Shown: positions 1 through 12,700 of the stretch, piece after piece | Numbering within the stretch: position 1 is the first letter of the stretch | Layout: the number at the start of each line of letters is the position of its first letter | Assembly: GCA_028534125.1 (NCBI GenBank) | Contig: CM052837.1 | Span: 33,294,001 to 33,358,000, forward strand | Origin: Lama glama | Taxonomy: Eukaryota | Reading direction: 5' to 3' | Length of the DNA: 64,000 nt | Position numbers and translations under genes: made by a program | The notes under the pieces: model-generated | The model's input: the letters and a program-made list of their open reading frames with translations, nothing else | Database searches by the model: none | Told to the model about the DNA's origin: nothing

Positions 1-1782
1 ATATTAGAGGTGTGAGCAGAAGTGTTTGACTTGCTGGCTTTCTGGCTTCGTTTACTTAGGCTTTGTGACAGGTGAGTCGGGTGTGTGGATGTTTTAAAGT
101 CAGATGTGAAACAAATTCACACTCATACTGGTTTTTTTTTTTTTTTGAGTTCTTATCATGGAGAGGGTAGAGAGGAAAGGGGAGAAAAATGAATGAAGGA
201 AGGGGGTCTCTTCAACACTAGCCAGCGAATTCTGCTTTTCAGGCTGGCCTCCAGGTTTTTGGCTTTCTGCCGTCTTTATGGTGTTTGTGAATGTTAAGCC
301 TCAGGGAATCGTATAATGTGCTGCACAGGCAGCCTTCAACTTTTACAGGTAAGAAAAAATCTAATAGAAAAATTGAACAGTAGACCCTCCATGTTAGCAA
401 GAAGGTTCTATTCCCAGAAGGTTAGAGAAATTATCTCAAGATCCCTATTAACCTCAAGATCACTTTTGAGATACAGTTGTGGCAATACATTTCGGACATT
501 TTTTACATGTGATTTAATTTTGTTCTTTGTGAGTGAGTGCGGTAGGGGTCTGACTCTGGCCGAGAGCAGTGGTTCTGATGCTGACGGGCTGCTGCTTTAT
601 CTTGGCCTCCTCGGTCTCTGCCAGGCTGCCGGCCTCTCAGCCTCCCCCGACACGCCACTACAACCCCAAATCTCTTGCTGCTTCATTCCACCGGGCCTGT
701 GAGTTCCTTTATGATTTTAGTTATCTCGCTCTTACTGGAAGGATTCGTTGAGGTCGTTTCCTCTGTTAGGGTGCCGGAGCCCTCGGAGGGCGGGCGGGTT
801 TGAATCTGCACTTCTCTGCACACGGTATGGTGAGGCCGTGAGGGCTTGGACCCTGGAGCCAGGCTGCCTTCCTAGTGGTTGCGTGGTCCTGCCAGTCCTG
901 TCATCACCTGCAATCTCCTCACCTCTCACCTGTGAAAAGCGTCAGGTGTTTTTCTAGGTGCCTCATCCTCACAGCGAGTCTCTTAAGTTGACAGTCTTAT
1001 TAGGCCCCTTGTCATAGTAACATGACTGGTCTGTGAACTGACGTTGAAATGAAGTGGAGGAAGGCTTGTGTTTCGAGTAACCTGAAAAGATTCAAGCTCC
1101 TTTTAATTTTTTATTTTATTTAATTAAAAACAAATTTTAATAAGGTTTGCGCTTTCTTGCAAGCAAGTTGCTATAAGACAGAGTGGTGAGTCCGAGCTTT
1201 CTGAACAGCCCACCGGAACGAGGCGCACCGGCCGGGTCCTGGGCGCCGTGTCCGCTGTGAACACGTGGACGCAGTGCCCAGCTGTCTGGGGCCCTTGCGT
1301 TCTTCCCTGATGGCCTTAACCCTTTCACTGTGTGCTTTCCCTGGAATCAAGTGTCAAAGGGGAAGAAGCATTTGTTTAAACAGAGATTTTACTATTTTGT
1401 GGGTAGTTCAAGTTTGACTTGTGGAATCTGCTTTCAGAGCCTCTTTTCCTTCTATTTAGTTTTGTGCTTTTAGGGGGCTGTTTTCATTGACTATTAAGTG
1501 GATTTGATTTCATGTCTGTGTTTGGGAAGCTTCAGTTTACTGAAGGTTTATACTCTGCGCCTTTGAATTACACATTTCTTTCTTTAATGTTCTCTCCTGT
1601 GGTTCTTGCTTTTCCTTTATTTTAGTTGTTTTAAGTTGCACATTTCCAGTCTTGTATGATGCTCTGAGCTAGTTTAGAGAGAGGGAATGTATATAAAGAC
1701 CTCAGCAACACAACAGAAATTCATAGACTTTTTACAGACCTGAATCTGTGAGAAAGAATTAAAACCATCCATGTCTTTGACC

Positions 1783-1980
1783 TGTGCCGTTCAGCATGGT
1801 AACCACCAAGCACATGTGACTATTTAAATTTCAGTTAATTAAAATTTTAAAAATTAAGATTCACAGAATGAGTTCACTCTAACCACGTTTGAAATACTCA
1901 AAGCTCCCCCATGGTTGTGGCTGGTGTTGGACACCCCAGATGTAGAACATTTCCGTCATCACAGAAACCTAGGACAGCCT
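1783..1980. mobile_element. MER3/MER33-like hAT-Charlie DNA transposon relic
   Basis: Consensus-like segments ...cacatgtgactatttaaatt...taattaaaatt... and tagaacatttccgtcatcacagaaa. Confidence 0.6.
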
Positions 1981-2141
1981 TTGTAAGAAATTGTGTCTCA
2001 ACTCCAGATTAATTTCATTTTACCCAAAAGAAGTAGACTCTTTCATGCTTTTCTAGGATTTCAAGAACAAAGTTACGTTGTTCCCAGCCAAAGAGGACTG
2101 TTAGAAATAGTCATGTTTTCATTTTCAGTGGGAGTTTGTTC

Positions 2142-2147
2142 TTTATT
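2142..2147 (-). terminator. Candidate GCNT7 polyadenylation signal (AATAAA)
   Basis: TTTATT on the + strand, ~350 nt after the GCNT7 stop codon. Confidence 0.4.
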
Positions 2148-2494
2148 AAAATCTCATACACAGTTGTATCTCTAAGACAAAATATGTTCTTATTCTAACG
2201 TGAGCCTGGATCTAAGTGCTTGGGGGTTTTTGATTTTCAGTCCCTGTTTAGTGAGGCATTTGGCCCTCCAGGTCGCCTGTCCACTCAGTCCACTCACCCA
2301 GCAGTACTCCGAGTCATTTTTTCTCTCATGATTTCTTTTTCATGCTTTTTCGATAGTATGTTTCTAGATTCATTTAGGACTAACATATGTTAAGGAATTG
2401 TTTTCCCATTCTTTTTTGGTTGAATGTTCTCTGATTTCAAGTCAAGGACACAGAATGATACCAGTAAGAAAGCAAACGCTTTATAACTTCTACC

Positions 2495-2718
2495 TCAGTG
2501 GTTCAATTTCACATTAAAATGACTCTGCCTTTGGAAATGCCAGTGTGGTTCCACAGGGACCTCTGCCTGCCCTAGAGCCTTAAGTCTGTGCCACCTCTCC
2601 AAGCACGTGACCACAAGAGGTTCTGTGGAGTCAAATCGGTTGGCAAACAAAGAAGGCGACTGAATGATCCACGGCAGGTCTCCTGGTCCGTACACGCAGG
2701 TGTCCTGGGCGTAGTGGC
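2495..2718 (-). CDS. GCNT7: GCNT7 last coding exon (GHYAQDTCVYGPGDL...FANRF...KLNH*)
   Basis: Acceptor tcatttctgcag|GC; CVYGPGDL and FANxF motifs. 970+96+224 = 1290 nt = 429 aa plus stop. Confidence 0.94.
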
Positions 2719-3748
2719 CTGCAGAAATGACACAGAGCCCCAGCTTAGCCACCTTCGTATCCTTGTCAGTTTACAGCCACGCAGAAGAGCGATGCCCTTC
2801 TTCCAAAGTCATCTGTAAGGCCACTCTGTTTCATGAAAGCCCAAATTAAGCATGCTTTGCTTTGATAGGGGCTTTATGTTGAATTCTGAATCTGTGATGG
2901 AAGTTTACATTCTTTCGATTAGTGATCTCTGAAATGTTTAATGGCTACTTTGGATGAATACTGTGGAATACTAGCCGGTCATGAGCACAAGGGAGATGTT
3001 ACAGCAGTCTTGTTCCTGACAAAAATCTAAATTCTGATAGCTTCTATTTTAAGTTCCTTAAACTTTCAAGTATTTTCCTTGGTTGTGGGTAGCTCATAAG
3101 AGTTACGATGGTTTTAATAAGTCATTGTTTCAGCCTTTTATTGGTTTTGCAGAGCAAGTGTTTGATATCAATAGAAGTAATTCAAGTTGGAATTCTGGTT
3201 CTGGATTCCTTCAGGAGGAACTCAGTCCTACATTCTATGTGCCTGACCCTGTGCTTGGCCCTTCCTGCTCTCTCTTAATCCTCCCGCCCACCCTGTGAGG
3301 TGGTTTCTGTCATCACCTGCAGTTTGCAGAGAAGGGAGCTCTTGGCTTGTGTGTGAGGGACAGTTCTGTTCATTTGGGGACCTCACTCTTTTTTCCACTC
3401 GGCTCTCTCCTCTCACCAACCCAGTAATCCTACTTCCAAAAACCCAGCTGAAGGAGCTATTATGAAGAAGGAATGGAGCTGCATGCACAGAAACGCCCAG
3501 TGTTGTTCATAAGTCTGTTGTGTGTTCACTTTGTGAAAATTTGTAAACTCAAATACCATCTGTGCACTTTTCTGCCTGAATATTATAATTAAGTGAAAGT
3601 TTTTTTTAAATTGACACCTACTGGTTGGATCATCACTAATTCCACGTTGCTTTCACATGGTCATCGGTCTTCTTCCCCAATTACCGAGACAGCAGCTGTA
3701 GTTTTTCTGGAATTTGAAGGCTTTTTGTGGTTTGGGTTTTGTTTTTAC

Positions 3749-3844
3749 CTTTACAGCCGTCGTGAACATTTCCCTCCTCGTTTCTCCATTTAATGGCTCG
3801 AACATTTCCCTCCCAGCCAGCATTTGGGGTGGCGCCCGGAGCAT
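3749..3844 (-). CDS. GCNT7: GCNT7 coding exon 2 (DAPGATPNAGWEGNVRAIKWRNEEGNVHDGCK)
   Basis: Acceptor ctttctcccttag|AT and donor AAAG|GTAAAA; 96 nt with compatible phase on both sides. The peptide matches the GCNT C-terminal region. Confidence 0.93.
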
Positions 3845-4327
3845 CTAAGGGAGAAAGCATGCAAGCATTCAGTGAGAAGATGGAAGGAAAGTCCTGTTTG
3901 CCACAAAACCACAAAACAATGGCTAGTTTTAATATTTCCCTTTCTCAGAGAGCCCCTAGCGAAGGGTCCAGTGCTTGTGGGTGCCCAGCAGTAGCTGAGA
4001 AGGGAATGAGGAAGAACTTTTCAAAGGTCTGGGCTCAGAATCTTCAAAGGGCTATATTTGAGGAGATGCAGAATGCTGGGACTCCTTTCAGAGAGGAAAC
4101 AAAAGCCAGCTTGGTTTGGGAACGTGAGGCGCTCTCGGCAAATCTCAGGTCCCTAAAAGCAGACCTCCTCCCCCGCCCTGCGTACTCGCCAAGTCGTCTC
4201 ACAAAGTGTCAAGCTATTACTAAGCCAGAGTGAAACAGCTGGACTAGAAAGAACTTCAGTTAGGGGCACCCATCGCCCGTCGCTGCCTCTGGCCTGAACA
4301 CACGCCCTGTTGCCGGATCGTTCTTAC

Positions 4328-5297
4328 CTTTCAGTCTGTTCAGAGTCACCCAGTAATGTCGCTCTGGGCCCTGGATGTCTTTGGACCACCGAAGCATGTC
4401 TTTTGCACGGGTGTCAGTCAGTACAAACTCTACAAACTTCCTCGTTAGTACATAGTAAGCGCTTCCAAAATAAATTGTTAAGTTATGGGGTGGTTCAACT
4501 CTGAATCTTTCATTTGGAGATACGAAGATATTTCCTTCAGGAGTGAATTCGGGATGACTCTGACTTGTCTTGGATTCACTGTTTGGTGGCTGGACTACTC
4601 CAGGAGTGATATTTTTATCATTCCATTTGCTTCTGATGTAGCGTATGATTTCTTTGTTAGTTTTGATTGGAAAGTCCTGTCCACAGAGATTAATGACATA
4701 GTTCCATTGCAATCTGGGATGGACTAGGTCTTTCATACAGTTAATATCCGCCTGTAGTCTTCTAAAGCCAGTGCGAGCCACTTTCTCTCTCTTTGATGAA
4801 ATAAAAATATTTTCAAAACAATTAACCAGGGATTGCACAGCAATCTTATACTTCTTTGGGGCCTTTTCGTCAACATGAATACAGTAAACATTTTGAGGCA
4901 CATAAATAGCCCTGAGAAGCTGCACAAACATAGCCAGCTCCTTGTGAATAGTTATCACATATGCCAGAGAGAAGGTGCCCTCTTCTGCGGACAGGGGTCT
5001 GGTTATGAAATGCAGCTCCTGGGAGAGCCTGGAGCAATTTCCAGGTCTGTGTAGGTGAGCAAGTATTTTAGGTCCATGAGGAGTTTTACAAAATGTTGCA
5101 ATTTGAGGGGCCGCCTCTTTCCCTTCAAACAAAGCCGAACACAGTTCATCTGGGTAAAAGCCGCATTCCACTACTGCTGGGGAGGTGGGTTCCTCCTCTG
5201 GTTCCTCAGGAGCTGGATTCCTCAAGTAAAGAAAAATGAAGATGCAGATGGCTGTGCACACGAGGAGTCCAGGCTTTGTGGCTCGCAGCTGGCTCAT
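4328..5297 (-). CDS. GCNT7: GCNT7 coding exon 1 (beta-1,6-GlcNAc transferase family GT14, type II membrane protein)
   Basis: ORF MSQLRATKPGLLVCTAICIFIFLYLRNP... has an N-terminal TM anchor and GT14 motifs (YCIHVDEK, INLCGQDFPIKTN, YFGSAY, WVTLNR). It ends at the phase-1 donor AAAG|GTAAGA (4328/4327). Confidence 0.96.
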
Positions 5298-5389
5298 GTT
5301 TTAAGCTCCAGGCGCTTTCTTATTACCATGGTTTGAAATGTTTTCCTTGAAGCTTACTAAAAGAACAACACACAGAACTTAGGGTGTTG

Positions 5390-6140
5390 TAACTCTGTTC
5401 CCCCACCCCAGCTTTATTGAAGTACACATATTTAAAGTGTATAATTTGATCAGTTATTACATATGTGTGCACTCTTGAAACCATCACCACAGTCACGGTA
5501 ACAAGCATCTCTCTCACCCCCGGAAGTTTCCTCAGGCCCTGTACTCTCCTCCTTCCACCTTGTCTCCGGACCACCCCTGCCGACAGGTTAGCCGGCATAT
5601 TCTGTACTTTATGTAAACAGTCATACTTACGTACTGTTTTGCTTGAAATTTTTTCACTTAGGATTATGATCTTGAGATCTCATCCACATCATTGCATATA
5701 TCACCATTTTCCCCTTTTTATTGCTGAGCAGTATTCCAGCAAATGGACATGACACAATCTGTCTGTACACCTGCTGACCGACACTGAAGTTTCCAGCTCT
5801 AGGGTATTACAAGATGCTGTAAACACTGGTGCACAGGTCTTTGTACGGACTATGTTTTTGTGTCTTGGTAAATACCTAAGAGTGAAATGGCTGCTTACAT
5901 ACAGGTTGTGTTTAACTTCTTAGGGAACTGCCAGGTGGTTTTCCAAGGTAGTTGTACCATTTTACATTACATCCCAGCATCGCATGGGAGTTCCATGTAC
6001 TCTGCATCCTCACCAGCACACTGGCTGTGGTCAATTTAAAGAATTTTATCCATTCTAGTAGGTGTGTAGTGGAATTCATTGTGGTTTTTTCGCATTTCCC
6101 TGATGACTAATAATGTTGAGTGTATTTTTATGTGTGAATA
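5390..6140 (-). mobile_element. Old L1M (L1MC/ME-like) 3' fragment
   Basis: Segments cagctttattgaagta, attgctgagcagtattcc and ggaactgccaggtggttttccaag. Confidence 0.7.
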
Positions 6141-6639
6141 CCCTTATCAGGGCTGATAAAAATCTCAGATATTTATGTTGGACATGGATACTGCCCTGTT
6201 CTGCATTATTCAGAGTTTATTTTTTGCCATTATTCTGTATCATGGTATGAGAATAAATCTTTCCAATAAAGGAAACAGTAAATCACGTAATTCAACTTGT
6301 TGAAATGAGTTTATGAATTGTTTTTAGAGAAGGCCTCAGTGATTCTAAAGAAGATATCTTTATCTAATAAAATTATTTGAAGAAAATTGATAATAATTTC
6401 GTTGCCTCTCAGGCTCTACAGAGACGGCATGAATAGCGGTAGCAGTGGCCAGAAGTGACCAAAGGGGTTTTAATTAATCAGTTATTATTGGTGTGCAAAG
6501 GTCATCCTTCAGGATTTAGGGAGGAAGGTTGATCAGGTGAAGTGTCTGTATTGTTAGTAATTGTTTTTACTTGTTTATGAATCTTGTCTCTAGGTTTACA
6601 TAAAAAGTCGTATCATTGCCTGTTCCTACTTCCTGTTTT

Positions 6640-6772
6640 TTGTTTGTTTGTTTGTTTGTTTTTAGGACAGGTAATTAGGTTTGTTTATTTTTTAATGGAG
6701 GTACTGAGGATTGAACCCAGGACCTTGTACATGTTAACTGTGTATGTTCTACCACTGAGCTATACCCTCCCC
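6640..6772 (-). mobile_element. tRNA-derived SINE (camelid Vic-1-like)
   Basis: Reverse complement reads GGGGAGGGTATAGCTCAGTGGTAGA...CCTGGGTTCAATCC (A/B boxes), with an A-rich tail. TSD-like tacttc(c)tgttttt on both sides. Confidence 0.8.
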
Positions 6773-9700
6773 ATTACTTCTGTTTTTAAAAAGCCCGTTT
6801 ACTTTTGACCAGTGTTTTATCTCAGATTTGACGTTAGTCTCTTGCCTTTTGGATAAAACATGGACAAGGCAGCATTTTAAGTTATCCTTGTGCTTTCAAA
6901 CTGTGAACCAGTAAAAACTATAAATGCTGATTGTGGATTGTGGATTTTAAAAATGTATTCGTTTTCATTGTATGGTTTCTTTTTACCCATTATGCTTCAA
7001 AAATAAGAAGCAGCCACTGCCCAAATATGATAGATTTTACTCTGGTTCAGTAAATGTTGATTGCCCCAAACATAAAATGTTACAGCATAACTTTACAGAC
7101 ATGATTATAAATTATATAATATTTTTATAAGCACAAAATCATCATTACAATTAACATTTCATATCTGGTCTCTGAAATAAACACAACTTATATCATGAAA
7201 GTAGAAATTCAGTAGGAAGGAAATTACTTCTTAAAATGTAAGTAGCTTTTAACTACTTCTCTTATAATAAGAATTTTGGTTAAAGGTAAACCGTGTACCA
7301 TAGTTTGTTAAATTTTCTCCTGTGTTTAGCTTAACATGGGAATTGGGGTTCGGAGGTTTTTTGGTTTGTTGTCTTGGTGTCGTTTTTGAGCTTATGGTCA
7401 AAATAAAACATCCTGGTCTCATCACAGAAATACTAGCCCCACTTCACTGACAAACTGCACCCCATGTAAACTTACCTCTATGGCAGAGCCCAGGGGATTG
7501 GGTATTTTCAGTACTTTATAATAATTAAATGAAGGTACGTCCCATGTGTAAGTCCACTGTCCTTGAGGGCAATACGAGGGCTGAGTTTTCTCCCTCCCGT
7601 GCATAGAGACAGGCACCTCTTGTCTTGGTGCAGTGTTCACAGTGACCCAGTTAAATCTTCTGGCTCAGGTTCACTTTGAAATTTATAAATAGGTGCGTGT
7701 TAGATGCCACATTGTGGGAACCTGGGTCACCAGCTTTACTGTCATTGTTTCAACACAAGCTTTTTGAGGTGGTGAGGGCAGCCTTGTAATGAAGCCTTTG
7801 GAAACTCCACTGCTGTTGAATTTAAATCATCTGTGCTGTTACTTTAACCCACATCTGGTGGAGAGTGTGAACACTCCTACAGGAATCAACTCCTTAGAGA
7901 GGGCCTGGCAGTTTTCCTGTTTAAATAGAGCGTCTGCAGCTTTGCAGGCGTTCCCCAGCCCATGCCCTTGGCGTCTGTTGTTGTTTTGTTTCTGTAATGT
8001 GAAGTCGACTTTTGTAGTTAATAATGAAAGTGCAGTTGTTAAACATGTGACTTTCTAGCACTAAATTAACTTCCGAGAAATGTAAGCGGCATTTTCCAAG
8101 CAGGAGAACGTGCAGCCCGTAAAAGAAAGTACAGTCTGGCTGATGTTTGAACCGTATTTTTCTCTGTGAAAGTTGTATTTAAAATATTTATGTATTGTAA
8201 AGGCTTTAGAAAAAGAGGCAGTTATCCTTGTGTGTCATGGAGCAGATGCAGAAGTTCTTTTTCAGACCAGACCCATTTTTTACCATTCCAGTATTTTTCC
8301 CTCACGTACTACTGAATCACAAATGATTTCTAAAATTACTCCTTTCTGTGAGTGTGAGAACATTTTAAGGCTTTTTTCACGTACTGTCGTTTCTTAAATT
8401 CTCTTTCCTGGGCTTTATGTACATATTGTGATAGTCTTTTACTTCTTCATACCTGCAGCCTTTAATGAGTAGCATCATTAAACCGTATATAATGCACAGT
8501 AGAATTAAATAGCTTCCAAACAGTAATGTTTTGAAGATTATATTTTCTGTCGACTGAAGGCGTATAACATCCAAGAGATTTTGTAGAATATCTTTCAGTA
8601 GAAATAATTACCAAAATTATGGTTAAGGCTGGTGTTGTTTTTTTTTTTCCTTTTTACAGTGCTGGAAATCACAAATGATTTCCAATTATAGTTCTCAGAA
8701 TGGCATTACTTTACATTTTATGTTTTTGTCCAAGGAATTGTTTCCAGATACATTGCTATCCTAATTATTAGAGCCAATGAGTATGTTTTCCTTCCTTCTT
8801 TATCCTTCTACAGGCCCCCTCCCCCCTCTCCCCCAACAAGCCTTAACAGCCAAAAACAAAAGCCAGCAACATGGGTTTGATTCATGTATTGCCACTAGGG
8901 CCTTTAAGGGCAGGCATTTTCAATCTGTTTGATGGGATTTGATTTGTTATAAAAAGACTTTCCAGGGGTTTGACAGCATCCCATTTAATTAATTCTTTTT
9001 GCTAAATCTTTTATACTTTTTTTAAAGATAATTCCTGTGAGTAAATAGATAATGAATGAGCATCTTTAAAGATGAACTTACAACATTTTGCCATATGGTC
9101 CGGAATATTACTGTTTTATAGCATTAGCATTAGCTTAACCAGATTAAAGAATTTATTCTCCTTTTTCTGGACTGCAGATGGGTGTGTGATAGTACCTGCC
9201 TCACAGGGGCCCCGGGACAGAGCTGTGGGAGTGGATGGGTGAGCGTTTCCTGCTGAGCCTGGCCAGGGCACTTGTGACCCTCAGACCATGAATGTTTGTT
9301 CTGTCTCTATTTACTGTGTATTTTTCCTAAAAAAAAAGTTACTATAGCTGCAACAATGAAGATTTTGAGTTTGTTGTTTTTGTTAGCTCTGGGCTCAGAA
9401 CGATGTCCAAAAGCACCCTGCAAGTTAACAGTGTTTTCTTGAACTATTTGAGCTTTATCATATTAGGCTAATTTTGAATTTACTGTCCAGCTGTCTAGTA
9501 AAATAGATGCCTTAATCACAACATGCTTACTTCTAAAATGCATATTATATTTCTTTAACCACTTTGATGTGGAGGGGAACACCACATTTTAAGATATCTT
9601 CTCAAAACAATCACAGCAAAAATGACGTTTTTATTATGGGCACAAATTGAGAACTGAGGGTTTAGACATGGCCTTGAGGCTGGCTTACTTATTATTTCCC

Positions 9701-12700
9701 ATGTGAAGAATGAATAAATGGCAGCATTTAAAATTTAAAACTCAAATTGGCCTCATCCTTGAAAATATTCCACTCTAATTTTCTTTGGCTGAAATGAAAA
9801 ACGAGGACTGTTTTTGAGAGGAAAAGGTGCCTGCTACTTCTGCATTTTAAAAATATTACTGATATTCCAATGTTTCTATTTCAAAACCATGGAAGAGGCA
9901 AAGAAAAACACATTTGATTTTAATAGCAATACCTGCTCATCCTGCGCCATTCACCGTCTCTGCATAGTTAGTGAAACACTTACCAAAAGAAGCTCGTCAT
10001 ACCCCGAGGGTGGGAGCCCTGGGGTGTCCGTGCCCAGCCTGGTTTTTTCTCTTCCCTCAGTTGCATCTTCTGCTGTGGCTCCGGCTTAAATCACACAAAC
10101 AGAGTTGCTTGGCAGGTTCTGTTACTCTTTCATCCCTGGAGGATTTTATTCTTGTTGATTCTGACCTGTAGGTTGAAAAATAGAAACTTTTGCCTCTCTG
10201 AGTATATCATCAGGGCTGGATCAGTGAGACAAAATGAGGCGACGGCAGAAAACATGCAGCCCAGATGAAGGGCATCGCAGGGTCATCTTGAATTCCGAAG
10301 GCTGGGAGAGATCGTGGCAGTCGTAGGTCCAGTTCTTTAAATCCTTTTAAAGACAGGAGGCCAAATTTAGTCATCGGACCCTTTTTCATTAAAGGGATAA
10401 ATAAAAATCATTTAAAAATCTCATTTCCTTCCTAAATAGCATTCGGAACAGTCCGAGTGTTTCAGCGTGGCTCTCCAGAGGACCTCATTTCAAGGATGCA
10501 GGTCAGCCTGTTCCCTGCCTCTGTCCCTCCCTCTGCCAAGGGTGAGTTTGCAGCAAGTGGCAGAGGTGGAGTCTCTGCTCCACCGTTAGTGGACTCCCCA
10601 CTTTCGTTATTCTCCATTGATGGATACTTTTACTCTTAACAGCCTCCTTTTTCTGGGTCAGAAGGGCCTCTCGCTTGCCGGTCCTCTCTTTAGATTTGCC
10701 CCAGACGCATGTATTAAGAATAATGAAACCAAGAGACGTGAATCACACACCACAGAGACTCTGAGACACCTGAGCTCAGTATTTAGTCAGATGAGTACAG
10801 CTTTTCTTCACCTGCTGTGGGCGACTCAAGGCACCTGTTGCTCTTCTGTGGAACAGATGTTGCCGTGGCCCTAAGAAGGCTTCTTACTTGGGCAGATAAA
10901 ACCTAGTCTGTCTAAACTTAAGGGACTGCAGCACTGTGTGACTGTGTGTTTTTTATATTAAGACAGATCCATGCAGCCTTTCAATGGGGAGACCCTGTAC
11001 ATGTTTGTCTGGAGGTGTTTGGATTCCATGAGTTGAGGGGGTAATTTGATCTAGCAGGAGTCGGGAAAGGAAAGGTCCTTTTATGTCTAGAAAGACCACC
11101 CTGACAACTTGTGAAGTGTTGCTGCAGCTCTGCCCCCGTGGACCCCAAGTGCTTGTTTTAAATCATACTGTGTGTGCCTGAGCTGGACCAGCGGGTCCGT
11201 TCACAGAGGCCTGTTCCTGGGGGATGAGGACTGGTGCTGGATTTCACCCATTAGCTCACTTCTCAACCTGGAGAAGAGCTGTGGGAGAGACAGCTGAGGA
11301 AGTGATGGGGAAGAGGCAGGTTTACACTCCCATGGCTCCCAGGAAAGTGCAGAATCAAACCAAACCTGCTGGAGGAGCTGGGGTAATAAATGGACAAAGG
11401 TTAACAGGCTTAATGTAGCAACTGCTTAATACAGGTTGATTGAACTAAAATTTTAAAGAATGAAAATCCTAATAAATAAAATGGACACAGAGCATAAACC
11501 TGTAAGTTACAGAAGAACCAATATGGGTGTGGTGGGTGTTTTTTTTAATGTTTCTTCATCAAAGCCAAAAAGGAGATATCTTCTCCTGCCTTTCAGATTA
11601 ACTTTTAACTTTTTTTATGTCCTTCAAATTGCATGGTGTGATGGACATTTTCACATGTTGTAGGGAGTGTCAAGTTCGGGAGACCTTTTAGGGGAGCTAT
11701 TTGGCTTTAAAATTTCACTCCCTTTCATCCTGGTTTGAAATACTTCTTTAGGCTATGTTCTCATTCTTTCATTCATTCATCCCTGCCACATGGAGCCTAC
11801 AGTGTGACAGAGAAGCTCTGTTTTAAAAGTCAGCACACACAAGCGGGCACACACCCACTTTCACAAGCCGTGAACGCAGGAGGCAGACAGCGCTCTGTGA
11901 CAAAGAACAAGCAAGTCTCAGAAGAGGGATTTTCCAGTCAGATGCATGTGATCAGTTGCTCATCACAATTATTATTTGTAAGAACAAAGATTGAGAAACC
12001 GCTATTCCATTTGTTTGTGATATAAATACACAAATATAATAGCATATGACTCTTAATTCTACCGCTGTCCCCTCAGCACTTTCCTACTGGCCTTTACTTT
12101 TTCAAGAAAAAAAAATTTTTAATCAACGTCCAGAGATCACATGAATATACAATTTCTAGTCAGCTTTTTCTTTAACATGTGATAAGCATTGATTCTCTAT
12201 ATTGTCAAAAACCCTAAAATAACTATGTGCTCTTCCTTTTTAGGACTATGTTATGATGTATTTAGTCATCCCCCCCATTTTTTGGAAATCTAAGGTACAA
12301 GTGATCAAAGGAAGCGAAATGGAAAATAAAACATGATTTCAACTTCGCAGTAACAGTACACCTAGAAAAATGCATTCGCAGGAAAATATCGGTGTTTTTT
12401 ACTTTGTGTACATGTTACTTTTATAAGCAAAGAGAGAGGGTCAGCCCCGGTGGGCCAGCTGTGCCTCTGCAGCAGCCCTGCGTTCCCTTTCTAAAGTGAC
12501 CCTCCGCCCTTCAGTCCTTGGAGAAGAGGCCCCGTGTGCAGCTGGCTTTGGCCAGAAACCTGCTTCCTACCCCAGTGTCACTTGTCTCCAAGGATGGGCC
12601 ACTCCACCCAGGTTCCTGGGGTCCAACAGACGCCTGCCAGGGTCAGGCACCCAGAACAGAGGACGGCCTGCAGCCAGTCTCCAGGGGCTGTCTGCTCAGG

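Noticed and set aside
4260-4327. C-terminal tail (GKNDPATGRVFRPEAATGDGCP) of the 345-aa GCNT7 ORF
   Set aside because: Read-through into the intron. A canonical donor at 4327 joins in frame to two exons that carry the conserved C-terminus.
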